A DNA stretch of 64,000 nt from positions 8,356 to 72,355 of the forward strand of contig JAAVZT010000033.1 in NCBI GenBank assembly GCA_022791775.1, in the 5' to 3' direction. This document shows positions 36,886 to 46,509 of the stretch, one piece after another. The position numbers and the translations under genes were made by a program. Origin of the DNA: Bacilli bacterium. Its GTDB lineage: Bacteria; Bacillota_I; Bacilli_A; RF39; UBA660. Position 1 is the stretch's first letter. Each line of letters starts with the position of its first letter. Under the pieces are notes generated by a model that searched no databases, was not told the origin of the DNA, and saw only the letters and a program-made list of their open reading frames with translations.

Positions 36886-38016
36886 TTGAGACATACTAAA
36901 AATATGAAACAAACATGGAAACATTTTTTTGGCTTTTACCTTCCATTACTTATTATAATGACAATAAGTCTTTTTGTAATGTATCACGCCCGAATTATAA
37001 GCCCATTATATTCCAAAAATTTTTTTAAACAAAGCATCTTCTTTGCGTTCGGAATTCTTTTATTATGTTTTAAAAATAAAATAAAAATTTCCTTATTATT
37101 TGACTATAGTATTATATGGTATTTTCTAAACTGCCTATTATTAATTGCTGTACTATTTATAGGAGACTCTACCAATGGAGCAAAAGCCTGGTTTAAACTA
37201 GGATTCTTTAGCTTTCAACCAAGTGAACTAATGAAACTTTCTCTCTGTCTTTACTTATCTAAAATAAGTGAAAATATTCATTTTAAAAATAAGAAACAAG
37301 AATTAATATATTTAATGAAAATATTAATTATTACCTTAATTCCTTCGATCCTAGTTTTCTTAGAACCTGACACTGGAGCAATTATTTTTTACTTTCTAAT
37401 TGCAATTGTCATCACTTTTCAAACTACTATTTCGAAATGGTGGATCGGTATTTTGTTATTAATACTAACTTTTTTCGGACTTTCTTTTTTCATTTTTTAT
37501 ACTTATTATCAAGACATTTTAATTAAAATAATTGGAACTTCATTTTTTTATCGAGTCGAGCGTCTTTTAAACTTTCAACAAGGATTACAAATAGAGAATG
37601 CCCTCACCGCAATTGGAAGTGCACCATTTTACCGCTTTAATTTAAATCATATAAATATCTATATTCCAGAAGCTCCTACTGATTTTGCTTTTTCACTTAC
37701 AACAAATGTTTTTGGAATCATAGGAATTATAATTCTTTTAATTTCTTACTTCACAATTGATATTTTTTTACTTCTAAAGTGGAAACAAAAAAAGAAACAT
37801 CAAGATCAATTGTTCTTTTCAGCATTCCTTTTTATTTTCTTTTTCAATCAATTTTATAATATTTTTATGAATATAGGTCTTGTTCCAATTATGGGAATTC
37901 CTTTACCATTTTTAAGTTATGGAGGTTCTAGTATTATTGTTTCCTTTTTATTTCTGACAATTATCCTCCAAACAAAAAACAAAAAAAAGCATAAAAAAAG
38001 AAACAAACTTTTTTAA
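36886..38016 (+). CDS. SEDS-family peptidoglycan glycosyltransferase (FtsW/RodA/SpoVE)
   Basis: Polytopic protein with C-terminal GLVPIMGIPLPFLSYGGSSI. Confidence 0.85.
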   Translation: MRHTKNMKQTWKHFFGFYLPLLIIMTISLFVMYHARIISPLYSKNFFKQSIFFAFGILLLCFKNKIKISLLFDYSIIWYFLNCLLLIAVLFIGDSTNGAKAWFKLGFFSFQPSELMKLSLCLYLSKISENIHFKNKKQELIYLMKILIITLIPSILVFLEPDTGAIIFYFLIAIVITFQTTISKWWIGILLLILTFFGLSFFIFYTYYQDILIKIIGTSFFYRVERLLNFQQGLQIENALTAIGSAPFYRFNLNHINIYIPEAPTDFAFSLTTNVFGIIGIIILLISYFTIDIFLLLKWKQKKKHQDQLFFSAFLFIFFFNQFYNIFMNIGLVPIMGIPLPFLSYGGSSIIVSFLFLTIILQTKNKKKHKKRNKLF

Positions 38017-39002
38017 AGAGTCCGTTTCTTTTTCAATGAATTCATTGCAATCTCTTCATAATAAACCTCGTATGGTTCTTCCATAGGCACTAATTGAATT
38101 TCTTCTTCTAAACTATATCTATGATTTCTTTCTTCCAAGCTTAATTCGTTAAAAAAGCGATTACCTGATACAATATAATTAACTCGATTAGACTGAGGAG
38201 AAGAATAAGAACGGAAAGAAGTATAACCATGCATTGGCAACTGACCTCCAATATACAAACAATCAATCACCGCTTGATATCCTAATAAATCTTTACGTCC
38301 ATAGAAACGATTTGCTCGTCCATTCGTACAAACAACAAACTGTCCTTTTGCATATGCTTGCGTATAAACCGTATTTCCAAGTTGACGCCAAGAAGAATCT
38401 GCAAGACGATTTAATAAAACACTTGCCACAGCATATGTTTCAATATAACGTGTCGCATCACAACCAGATTCTGCTAAACAAACTGAGGCTACTCTCTCAA
38501 ATTCTTCCGAAGTTATATTTAGATTTTGAAGAATCGCAGCAATCTTCTCTTCATTTGAAATACGAGACAATTGAAGCAATTTAGCACAAATATCAATTTC
38601 ATTATATTCCAAACCTGATTTTTGGGCTTCACTTATTAATGCTGTCATAAATGTTTGATAATCACCTTCAGACAAATGATAATATGCTCTCACCTGTGTC
38701 ATAAGAATAGCTTCATTTAAAATAGTTTTATAAATTCGGTAATTGTCATCATTATCTGCTACTACTTGATGCGGATTTTTCATATATTCATAATAACGAA
38801 CCAAATCTAAAACATAATTATCCTCCCATTTCTCATTATCACATACTAATTTATTTTCAGCTCTTGCACAATTAACGGACTGAGAATGATTAGCACAAGC
38901 AAGAAAGGATAATCCAAACAAAATACTTTTCGCATTCTTTTTTAATCTTTTGGAAAGAATCATTAATTTTTCTTTATAATTTTTTAATTCTTGTTGATTC
39001 AT
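38013..39002 (-). CDS. cell-wall hydrolase, SleB/CwlJ-like C-terminal domain
   Basis: C-terminal VASVLLNRLADSSWRQ...YAKGQFVVCTNGR resembles the SleB hydrolase domain. The N-terminal region is unassigned. Confidence 0.6.
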   Translation of the reverse strand: MNQQELKNYKEKLMILSKRLKKNAKSILFGLSFLACANHSQSVNCARAENKLVCDNEKWEDNYVLDLVRYYEYMKNPHQVVADNDDNYRIYKTILNEAILMTQVRAYYHLSEGDYQTFMTALISEAQKSGLEYNEIDICAKLLQLSRISNEEKIAAILQNLNITSEEFERVASVCLAESGCDATRYIETYAVASVLLNRLADSSWRQLGNTVYTQAYAKGQFVVCTNGRANRFYGRKDLLGYQAVIDCLYIGGQLPMHGYTSFRSYSSPQSNRVNYIVSGNRFFNELSLEERNHRYSLEEEIQLVPMEEPYEVYYEEIAMNSLKKKRTL

Positions 39003-39243
39003 ATAAAAACACCCCAAGAAAACAATCTACCGAAAAAAAGCAATTTTGTCAACACTAAAATTTTAGAAAATTATAGTTTTTTAATACTTTTTCGGATCCT
39101 AATCTTCCCTACCAAAATATAAATACTATTTTTTATTCAATCCTCAAAAAACAAAACATCTTCAAATGTTTTTTAATAAAAAAACTTAAATTATTGATTA
39201 AGGATTTTTATTTTAAAGGACATATGTAAAACTTTAGTGCAGC

Positions 39244-39266
39244 TTTACTACTAATTTACTACTTTT
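39244..39266 (+). repeat. 23-bp direct repeat copy 1 (TTTACTACTAATTTACTACTTTT)
   Basis: An exact second copy lies at 39886..39908. The pair brackets the 39322..39702 gene and a structured intergenic region. Confidence 0.8.
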
Positions 39267-39300
39267 AAATACAAGACAAAATAAAAAAAATGGTATAATT
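39265..39300 (+). promoter_or_regulatory. extended -10 promoter (TGGTATAAT) upstream of the 39322 gene
   Basis: TGnTATAAT at 39291..39299, about 22 bp upstream of the ATG. RBS AAGGAG at 39308..39313. Confidence 0.5.
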
Positions 39301-39321
39301 CTTTTATAAGGAGCGATTTTG

Positions 39322-39702
39322 ATGAAAATATATTTTGGACATTCCAAATCATTTGATTATGAAAATGAATACTATAAACCCATTGAACAAAATAAAAGAT
39401 TGCAAATTGAAACATTAATTTTTCCACATAAAAATGGTGAAAATAAAAAACATACAAGAGACTTTTATACTAATCTAGACTTATTTATTGCTGAAGTTTC
39501 TTACCGTGCTACAGGTCTAGGAATTGAACTAGGTTGGGCAAGTGATGACAATATTCCTATTTATTGTTTTTATAAAAAAGGTACTATACCAAACTCGTCT
39601 TTAAAATGTGTCTCAAATCATATTATAGAATACGATTCTTTAGAGCAATTATCTAATAATATAGAAAAAATTGTAATTGAATTAAGTAAAATGCAAAATT
39701 GA
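39322..39702 (+). CDS. nucleoside 2-deoxyribosyltransferase-like protein
   Basis: Weak similarity to the deoxyribosyltransferase-like fold (FIAEVSYRATGLGIELGWAS). Start moved to the ATG 3 nt after the TTG given in the ORF track. Confidence 0.45.
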   Translation: MKIYFGHSKSFDYENEYYKPIEQNKRLQIETLIFPHKNGENKKHTRDFYTNLDLFIAEVSYRATGLGIELGWASDDNIPIYCFYKKGTIPNSSLKCVSNHIIEYDSLEQLSNNIEKIVIELSKMQN

Positions 39703-39824
39703 CATATTATTTAAACAATATTGCTACATGCTTCATGCTACATAATAAGGGTAATACTATACCTTATTATGGCGAGCTCTTTAGTGGCTACGCCACTAGT
39801 CTCGCTCATTAAATATATTTAGAT

Positions 39825-39850
39825 ACTATGGCATTCCGTAGTATTTTTTA
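39825..39850 (+). terminator. rho-independent terminator (ACTATGG-CATT-CCGTAGT followed by a T run)
   Basis: 7-bp stem with one G.U pair, 4-nt loop, then ATTTTTTATTATTTT on the plus strand. Confidence 0.5.
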
Positions 39851-39885
39851 TTATTTTCAAATAATAATTTAAAGATTTTTAAATT

Positions 39886-39908
39886 TTTACTACTAATTTA
39901 CTACTTTT
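39886..39908 (+). repeat. 23-bp direct repeat copy 2
   Basis: Exact match to 39244..39266. Confidence 0.8.
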
Positions 39909-40073
39909 GAAAGCAAAAATATAAGAAATTATAAAAAATATATGTGAATATCTTTCAAACATAAAAATGTCGTAAACTCTTATAAATACTGGTTATAACG
40001 CTATTTAAGTACTTATAAAAGAACAATCAAAAATTACTATATTTTCAAAATAAAAAAAGAAGATTATTCTTCT

Positions 40074-40334
40074 TTATTGAAATGAATTATAACTATAAGA
40101 CATATTCGTATATGGTCTTGGATAACCATAAGGTGGATATGGTGGCATTGGCGGATATGGGTATGGATAAGGCTGTGGCGCTACATTATAAATAGGACGT
40201 GGTCTTGTAAGACCTACCGCTGCTCCACCAATCAATGCCCCTCCAAGAAACGGAAATAAAAATTGACGATCCCCACTGGCTTGATTATTTAAGAACATGG
40301 GATTATTTGGTACTCTACCGGGGTAATTAACCAT
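40074..40334 (-). CDS. small Pro/Tyr-rich protein with glycine-zipper helix (possible spore coat-type protein)
   Basis: GGALIGGAAVGL segment followed by a PYPYPYPPMPPYPPYGYPRPY low-complexity tail. Confidence 0.45.
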   Translation of the reverse strand: MVNYPGRVPNNPMFLNNQASGDRQFLFPFLGGALIGGAAVGLTRPRPIYNVAPQPYPYPYPPMPPYPPYGYPRPYTNMSYSYNSFQ

Positions 40335-40408
40335 AAAAATAACTCCTTTCTCTATAACCTATGTTAAAAATCTAAAAGGGACCTAGACGAAAGTCCTAAA
40401 TTGCCAAA

Positions 40409-41638
40409 TTAATTCCAAACTCCTAAATATATATTTTTCTTCCCCTTCTTAATTACAATTAATTTTCCATCAATCGCTTCTTCTTTTGAAACAACATGTT
40501 CGCAATCTTTCATCTTAACATTATTAAAAGAAATCGCTCCAGCTAATACCATTTCTCTTGCTTCGCGTTTACTACTACAAATTTCAGTATGAACCAAAAA
40601 ATCTATGATATTTTCTTCAAATAGTGAAACATGTGGAAGCTCTTTTAAATGAGCTAAAATATCAGCACTATCCAAATTTTTAATTTCTTCGCTAAATAAC
40701 GCTTCGCTAATTTGTTTTGCTTTTTCAAAACTTTCTCTTCCATGCAAAAATGTTATTATTTCTTCGGCTAAACGTTTCTGAGCAATTCTCATTTCTAATT
40801 TTTCTTCATGACGGGCAAGAATTTCTGTAATTTCTTCTTTTGATAAAAAAGTAAACTTCTTTAAATATTCTTCCATCATAACATCTTCAAAATTTAAAAT
40901 GTATTGATATAATTCATAACTTGAAGTTTTATTTTCATCTAACCATAAAGCATTTCCATATGATTTTCCAAGTTTTTTTCCAGTCGAATCTGTAATCAAT
41001 GGCATCGAAAAAGCATAAACTTCTTCCCCATTTAATTTTCGAATTAATTCAATTCCCGTAGTTAAATTTCCCCATTGATCAGATCCACCAAATTGCAAAT
41101 TTACACCATATTTATCATGTAAGACTTTAAAATCATAACCTTGGATTAACATATAAGAAAATTCAGCATAACTGATACCAACTTCCATCTGTCTTTTTAC
41201 TAAATCTTTATTAATCATATAATTTACATTAATATATTTACCCACATCGCGCAAAAAATCAATATAATTTATATTTTGAAACCAATCAAAATTATTAACA
41301 ATTTGAACAGAATCACCAAATAATTTATTCATTTGAGCACGAATTTTACCAAAATTATGTTCAATTACAGAAATATCAGCCTTTTCTCGTTCACCAGTTC
41401 CGCGTGGATCTCCAACTCGACCCGTTGCTCCACCTACTAACACCATAGGATGATGTCCGTTTCTTCTTAATCGTTCAACCATTAAAAACGTTGGATATTG
41501 CCCAATATGTAAACTTTCAGCTGTTGGATCTGCTCCTATATAAAATCTCATTCCTCCCGCATTCAACTTTTCTTTTAAATCGGGACTAGAACAATCCTTA
41601 ATTAACCCCCGCCATTCTAACTCTTCATAAAAACTCAT
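40409..41638 (-). CDS. tyrS: tyrosine--tRNA ligase
   Basis: HIGH-type motif (LHIGQ), KMSKS-type motif (KLGKS) and a C-terminal S4-like domain. Confidence 0.95.
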   Translation of the reverse strand: MSFYEELEWRGLIKDCSSPDLKEKLNAGGMRFYIGADPTAESLHIGQYPTFLMVERLRRNGHHPMVLVGGATGRVGDPRGTGEREKADISVIEHNFGKIRAQMNKLFGDSVQIVNNFDWFQNINYIDFLRDVGKYINVNYMINKDLVKRQMEVGISYAEFSYMLIQGYDFKVLHDKYGVNLQFGGSDQWGNLTTGIELIRKLNGEEVYAFSMPLITDSTGKKLGKSYGNALWLDENKTSSYELYQYILNFEDVMMEEYLKKFTFLSKEEITEILARHEEKLEMRIAQKRLAEEIITFLHGRESFEKAKQISEALFSEEIKNLDSADILAHLKELPHVSLFEENIIDFLVHTEICSSKREAREMVLAGAISFNNVKMKDCEHVVSKEEAIDGKLIVIKKGKKNIYLGVWN

Positions 41639-41647
41639 ATAATCCTC

Positions 41648-42850
41648 CTAAAATACTAATTTTCCATTTTCCATTACAACCATTTCAGTTCCATCTTGTA
41701 AAGTTGCTACAATCTTCAAATCACGTGTTCCAACCATAAAATCTATATGAATACTAGAATCATTCATACCTAACGCTTTTAATTCTTCTTTCGTTTTCGT
41801 TAACCCATTCCAAAAGCACTCTGAAAAACCACGTCCTAAAGCTAAATGACAGCAAGCATTCTCATCATATAATGTTGTTTCAAATAGAATTCCACTTTGA
41901 TTAATTTTAGAGTCAAAATCAACAAGTGCTACTTCCCCCAAATAATGAGCTCCTTCATCACGTTCAAAAACTTGAGTTAACATTTCTTTATTCTGAGAAG
42001 CACCATAATCTATTACCTTTCCATTTAGAAAGCGAAACCAAAAATCGGTAATTTCTACCCCGCTATAAAATAACGGCTTAGAACTATAAACAATTCCATT
42101 TACACCATATTTACTAGGAGTAGTAAACACTTCTAAAGAAGGCATATTTACGATAATATCAGAATCCTTCGCACTACAAAATAAATAAGAATCAGGTAAT
42201 TCCACAACTAAATCGGTCCCATTCATAGAAGTATAATGTAAAGTTTTAATTTTCATCTGATTAAGAATTGTACAACTTTTGTCAATCTTTGTAAAATATT
42301 GATTCCATAACAAACTAGGATTATCTGCATTCATTTCACAAATATTAAAAATAATATTCCATAAATCATCTGCATTTTTCGATTCACCTAAAATCTTTTT
42401 AGCCCAAACTTCATTCGCTGCAGCAGCGATACACCAAGCGATTTCTCCTTTCTCTTGTTTATCACGAAAATAAGCCGTTTGAGCGTCTGTAAAAGCATTT
42501 ACCCTAGAAAGAATTTCAGAAGAAATTCCATCAAAAATATGAGGTATAGGGGAAGCAAGGGAGAGAAAAGCCCCACCTTTTTGAGCTATTTCATTATATA
42601 GATGACGATCAAATTCAGGATGTTTCAAACATTCTTCCAATGAAGAATGAAGCAATAACTCTCGTTTTAAATAAGAATCTGATAATTGAAAAACAACTTC
42701 GGAAGCTCCTAATAAAAGAGCCTCTTTTTTTAAAATTTCCATAAAATCCTGAACTAAAATATTTCCAGAAATCAATAAAGGCTGCTTTCTTTTTAATTTT
42801 AAACAATCTTGAACTAAAAATTTTGCATATTTTTGTAACATTTCTTCCAT
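41648..42850 (-). CDS. aminopeptidase, M29 family (AmpS/PepS-like)
   Basis: Conserved C-terminal block EVALVDFDSKINQSGILFETTLYDENACCHLALGRGF. Confidence 0.8.
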   Translation of the reverse strand: MEEMLQKYAKFLVQDCLKLKRKQPLLISGNILVQDFMEILKKEALLLGASEVVFQLSDSYLKRELLLHSSLEECLKHPEFDRHLYNEIAQKGGAFLSLASPIPHIFDGISSEILSRVNAFTDAQTAYFRDKQEKGEIAWCIAAAANEVWAKKILGESKNADDLWNIIFNICEMNADNPSLLWNQYFTKIDKSCTILNQMKIKTLHYTSMNGTDLVVELPDSYLFCSAKDSDIIVNMPSLEVFTTPSKYGVNGIVYSSKPLFYSGVEITDFWFRFLNGKVIDYGASQNKEMLTQVFERDEGAHYLGEVALVDFDSKINQSGILFETTLYDENACCHLALGRGFSECFWNGLTKTKEELKALGMNDSSIHIDFMVGTRDLKIVATLQDGTEMVVMENGKLVF

Positions 42851-43050
42851 ACTATTTCCTTTCTAAAAAAAAGACACCTATAATGAAAGGACGAATAAAA
42901 TCCGTGGTACCACCTTACTTATAAGTATCTACTTATCACTTTAAATTGATAACGGAATTCTCCGATTTAACTCCCAAATTGTAACTTCCTATGTTTCTAG
43001 TCTTACTTTCATCAACCGTAAGATTTCTAATTGCCAAAACATATTATTCT
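42851..43050 (-). promoter_or_regulatory. T-box riboswitch leader (tyrosine specifier likely) upstream of aminopeptidase-tyrS operon
   Basis: The minus strand carries AAGGTGGTACCACGG (complement of 42901..42914), which matches the T-box consensus AGGGUGGUACCGCGG, followed by a U run. The upstream stem-I region contains GUUACAA, which could present UAC plus a purine. Confidence 0.7.
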
Positions 43051-43518
43051 TTATTTGTTCTTCGCTAAATTTTGATTTTTTAACCCAACTTTTTTTGGAG
43101 CTGGAGTCGTTTCTTCTTCTTTTTCTAAACGTTTCAAAATTTCTTTTAATACAAGAACTGTTTTTTCTTTTACTTCTTCTGCAGCTTTAGAAACAATTGG
43201 TGTTCCCTTTTCTTTCGCTAATTCCATTAATTCTTCTGCTTTTTTCTTAATTTGTTCTGCTTTTTCTTTCGCAATTTCTAAAGCCTTTTCCTTATCTAAA
43301 TCTTTTAATTCAGCTTTTAAGTCTTCTACTTTTTGCAACAAATTATCTTTAACTTCACTATAATCAATTTCTTTTAACTGATGAATCAATTCATCTATTT
43401 TTTTCTTAAGTTCCTCTCTAGTTTCAGAGCCCTTTTTCGGAGCAAATAATACACCTAAACCTGCACCTATTAACACTCCTGTTAATAAACGTCCAAAGCC
43501 ACCATTTTGTTTACTCAT
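43051..43518 (-). CDS. YtxH-like (DUF948) membrane-associated stress protein
   Basis: N-terminal GVLIGAGLGVLFAPKKG glycine-zipper then a long K/E-rich helix. Confidence 0.6.
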   Translation of the reverse strand: MSKQNGGFGRLLTGVLIGAGLGVLFAPKKGSETREELKKKIDELIHQLKEIDYSEVKDNLLQKVEDLKAELKDLDKEKALEIAKEKAEQIKKKAEELMELAKEKGTPIVSKAAEEVKEKTVLVLKEILKRLEKEEETTPAPKKVGLKNQNLAKNK

Positions 43519-43823
43519 TTTCTCTTCCCTTCTTTCTGAATAATAATTGCTTCTTCTTCATCTGATTTCATAAAAATTTTTGAAATAAACGACACAACAC
43601 CTTCTACAACTTTATCTGTTACTAATACAATTTTATCTGTAGTTGTATCAATAATATGAAATAACCCATCCAACGATCTTACTTTTCGATTCAAATCATC
43701 TACAACTCTTTGCGCCTTTCCTAACAAAACAATAAAACGAATTCCTAAAATAATTCCAACTATTAAAATAATAATTAATAAGATATAAATGACAATTGGT
43801 AAAAATTCTAACCAAAAACTCAT
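43515..43823 (-). CDS. DUF948-like membrane protein
   Basis: N-terminal TM then a helical domain. ATGA overlaps with its neighbours. Confidence 0.5.
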   Translation of the reverse strand: MSFWLEFLPIVIYILLIIILIVGIILGIRFIVLLGKAQRVVDDLNRKVRSLDGLFHIIDTTTDKIVLVTDKVVEGVVSFISKIFMKSDEEEAIIIQKEGKRK

Positions 43824-44725
43824 TTTATTTCACCATCCTCTCTTGTTTCATACATCGAATCAATCAAATCAAACAAATCATTCTCAAGCGTTTCATCAGC
43901 TAATTGCTCTTCCAAATTTTTCACCTTTGGTCGATCTAATACTTCTAACTCTTGTGACATGACCTCTTCCTCAATTGGTTCGTCTTCTATATTAAATGAT
44001 GAATAGGTATCAATTGGTTCTTCATTTGCTACGGAAATAATTTCATCGGAAACATCTTTTAACAATTCATCTAAATCTTTTTCTTCACGTTTAGGCACTT
44101 CATGATAGAATTCTCTTCTTGGCGTAGTTAATGTCTTTTCAATATCCTCTTCTAACGTTCCAAATGCTTTTTTCCGAACACTATCAACATCAATCACTTT
44201 TTTATCTTCTACTTTGACAACAATATCTTCCTTTTTATAGTTTTTATCAAGAACCCCATAAACAGGTGATATAACTGGTGATGGTGTAAACTTTCTTTTT
44301 TCTACTGGAGTAACTTCTCGTGGTTTACGAGTTGGCTTTTCATATCTCGTTTCAACCTCTCTCACTCTAGAACTACGACCAGCCTCTACATCCATTACTG
44401 AAACTGGAGAAGTTTTAGGTCTTGCTTTAACTTCCTTTTGCTTTTCATAAACTTTTGGATTAGAAACAACTGGCTCTTCTTTCTTAATACTTTCAAATTC
44501 TTGTTCATCAAATAAAGGAAAATTAAACGTTGGCTCAGCCTTAAATAACTCACGATCACTTAAAATATCTTCTTCTTCACCATCAAAAGTCATTTTAACA
44601 GCATCTCTTTTTTTTATTTCCCTATCTGGTTTATGAACTACTTTTTCTTCTTTCATTTCTGCTTCAGGAATTTCAATTTCTTCTTCTTCAAATAAAACAT
44701 TCTTTAATTTGTTTAGTATGCCCAT
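43820..44725 (-). CDS. highly charged K/E-rich protein
   Basis: Start set to MGILNKLKN, preceded by an AGGAAGGTG RBS. Charged and largely low-complexity. Confidence 0.5.
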   Translation of the reverse strand: MGILNKLKNVLFEEEEIEIPEAEMKEEKVVHKPDREIKKRDAVKMTFDGEEEDILSDRELFKAEPTFNFPLFDEQEFESIKKEEPVVSNPKVYEKQKEVKARPKTSPVSVMDVEAGRSSRVREVETRYEKPTRKPREVTPVEKRKFTPSPVISPVYGVLDKNYKKEDIVVKVEDKKVIDVDSVRKKAFGTLEEDIEKTLTTPRREFYHEVPKREEKDLDELLKDVSDEIISVANEEPIDTYSSFNIEDEPIEEEVMSQELEVLDRPKVKNLEEQLADETLENDLFDLIDSMYETREDGEIK

Positions 44726-44738
44726 GTCTGCACCTTCC

Positions 44739-45383
44739 TCATTTGATAAAATCCATATCCGGTACTTCATCGTTGTTTTTATACTGATCATATTGTTCGA
44801 CAAATTCCAAATAATTACTTTCTGATTTTGCAGTTTCAAAAATATTAAACTCTAATTCATTGGAATTTAAAACATTTTCGCCCATCAAACTCCCCAAAAC
44901 AGTATCATTATAAGTTATCGATTCCAAAATTGCAATGGCATAAGCAACGGTTTCTCGAATATCCTTTTCTGTTACTATTACTTCTATTTTAGCATAATTA
45001 TACATGATTTCAACAAAATATTTATCTTCTAAAATATTATGTATTTGTAAATAACCATACTTATCTTGATAATAGATAGCTTTTGAATAAAAAAAATCAT
45101 TTTTTTCCACATATTTTTCTTGTACCTTATTAAAGTAACTCACTACATCAACATATAAATAAAAAGGATATTTATCACTATAAATAATTTCATTATAATC
45201 TTTACTATCAATATTTTTAATACCTTTTGGCAAATAATACTTATATCCAGTTCGATTCACATTAGAAATGGCTACATTACTAGTTACCCCAAGATTTAAG
45301 ATAGAATCTAAAGATTCTTCTTTCAGATTAGAACATCCCGAAAAAAAGAACAGAAACATCAATAATAAAATGATTTTTTTCAT
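44739..45383 (-). CDS. lipoprotein
   Basis: Signal peptide with lipobox FFSGC. Start trimmed to MKKIILLL. Confidence 0.6.
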   Translation of the reverse strand: MKKIILLLMFLFFFSGCSNLKEESLDSILNLGVTSNVAISNVNRTGYKYYLPKGIKNIDSKDYNEIIYSDKYPFYLYVDVVSYFNKVQEKYVEKNDFFYSKAIYYQDKYGYLQIHNILEDKYFVEIMYNYAKIEVIVTEKDIRETVAYAIAILESITYNDTVLGSLMGENVLNSNELEFNIFETAKSESNYLEFVEQYDQYKNNDEVPDMDFIK

Positions 45384-45458
45384 GGAGTCCCTCCAAATCA
45401 CTGTAATATATTATATCAAATTTTTTAATTCTGAGCAACTATCCAAACATACCAATAT

Positions 45459-46094
45459 TTACTTATTTTTTAATTTAATTGCTTCTACATAATTTATCTT
45501 TACGCCCATATTCGCAAATTTTTGCTCATATTCAGTTCGAATATTAGGTAAGTCCGTTTGATGTAAATCTAGACTAATTTGCAAAAATTTATAACCAAAC
45601 TGACTTAAATCCTCTAAACTACTAGCAAATAATATAATATTATCTGTTTTTTGAATAATATGCGAATCAGATTGAAAAACAGATTCATAAATTGATAAAA
45701 AATCAAAGCTCGTTAATCTTCTTTTATGATGTCTTTTTTTGGGCCATGGATCAGAAAAGTTTAAATACAACAGTTCAATTTCATGATCAAATATCTGTAC
45801 CAATTCTTTCGCATCAACACAAATAAACTTTAAATTCGGTAATGAGGTTAACTCCGCATTTTGAATCGCCCTCACCAAAACGCTCTCATACTTTTCCACC
45901 CCGACAAAATTAATCTCAGGATTTTGTTGAGCCATTTGAATTAAAAATTGCCCTTTTCCACATCCTACTTCTAAACGAATTGGGTTATCACATGCAAACA
46001 TTTCTCTCCAATGCTGACGATACATCTTAGGATCGGAAATAAAATAAGAACTATCTTGTAAAATTATATTTGCATTTTTTACATTTCTTAAACG
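45459..46094 (-). CDS. trmB: tRNA (guanine46-N7)-methyltransferase
   Basis: EVGCGKGQF SAM-binding motif and LNFSDPWPKKRHHKRRL motif. Start set to MRLRN by analogy with the TrmB N-terminus. Confidence 0.85.
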   Translation of the reverse strand, partial: RLRNVKNANIILQDSSYFISDPKMYRQHWREMFACDNPIRLEVGCGKGQFLIQMAQQNPEINFVGVEKYESVLVRAIQNAELTSLPNLKFICVDAKELVQIFDHEIELLYLNFSDPWPKKRHHKRRLTSFDFLSIYESVFQSDSHIIQKTDNIILFASSLEDLSQFGYKFLQISLDLHQTDLPNIRTEYEQKFANMGVKINYVEAIKLKNK

Positions 46095-46149
46095 CATCTT
46101 ATCACTACTTTCTAATATTGACATATAATATCTATGAGGAGGGCTCTTG

Positions 46150-46497
46150 ATGAAAAAAGACCGTAATACATTCTTTGAAGGATCTAGTATGAACATGTCT
46201 GCTTTTAATACTCAAATGCCACAACCAATGATGCAACCTATGCCTGGAATGATGCCAATGAATGCAAGCGCTAGTGCTTCTCAAAGTTTTTACGCGAATA
46301 CTGGTGCTCCTATGATGATGCCAATGGCACAAGCACCAATTACCAATGATTCTACCATAAATGAATTAGAAAGTCGAATGGCAAAATTAGAACGAAATTT
46401 AAATCGGTTAGAAAATCGCGTAGCAAAATTAGAAGGAAGCACATACTATACTACCGATTCCTATGAAAGTTCTTCTAGTGGAATGTACATGGTATAA
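46150..46497 (+). CDS. Met/Pro/Gln-rich protein with C-terminal coiled coil
   Basis: Strong RBS GAGGAGGG 7 nt upstream. MPQPMMQPMPGMMPMN low-complexity region followed by heptad repeats (LESRMAKLERNLNRLENRVAKLEG). Confidence 0.55.
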   Translation: MKKDRNTFFEGSSMNMSAFNTQMPQPMMQPMPGMMPMNASASASQSFYANTGAPMMMPMAQAPITNDSTINELESRMAKLERNLNRLENRVAKLEGSTYYTTDSYESSSSGMYMV

Positions 46498-46509
46498 CAA
46501 AAAGATTGA

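Noticed and set aside
42615-42806. 63-aa ORF inside the M29 aminopeptidase gene
   Set aside because: Same-strand alternative frame within a conserved enzyme gene, and likely spurious.
46132-46332. 66-aa His/Trp-rich minus-strand ORF overlapping the trmB start region and the Met/Pro-rich gene
   Set aside because: Antisense to a gene with a strong RBS. trmB most likely starts at the internal MRLRN Met, which leaves this frame unsupported.
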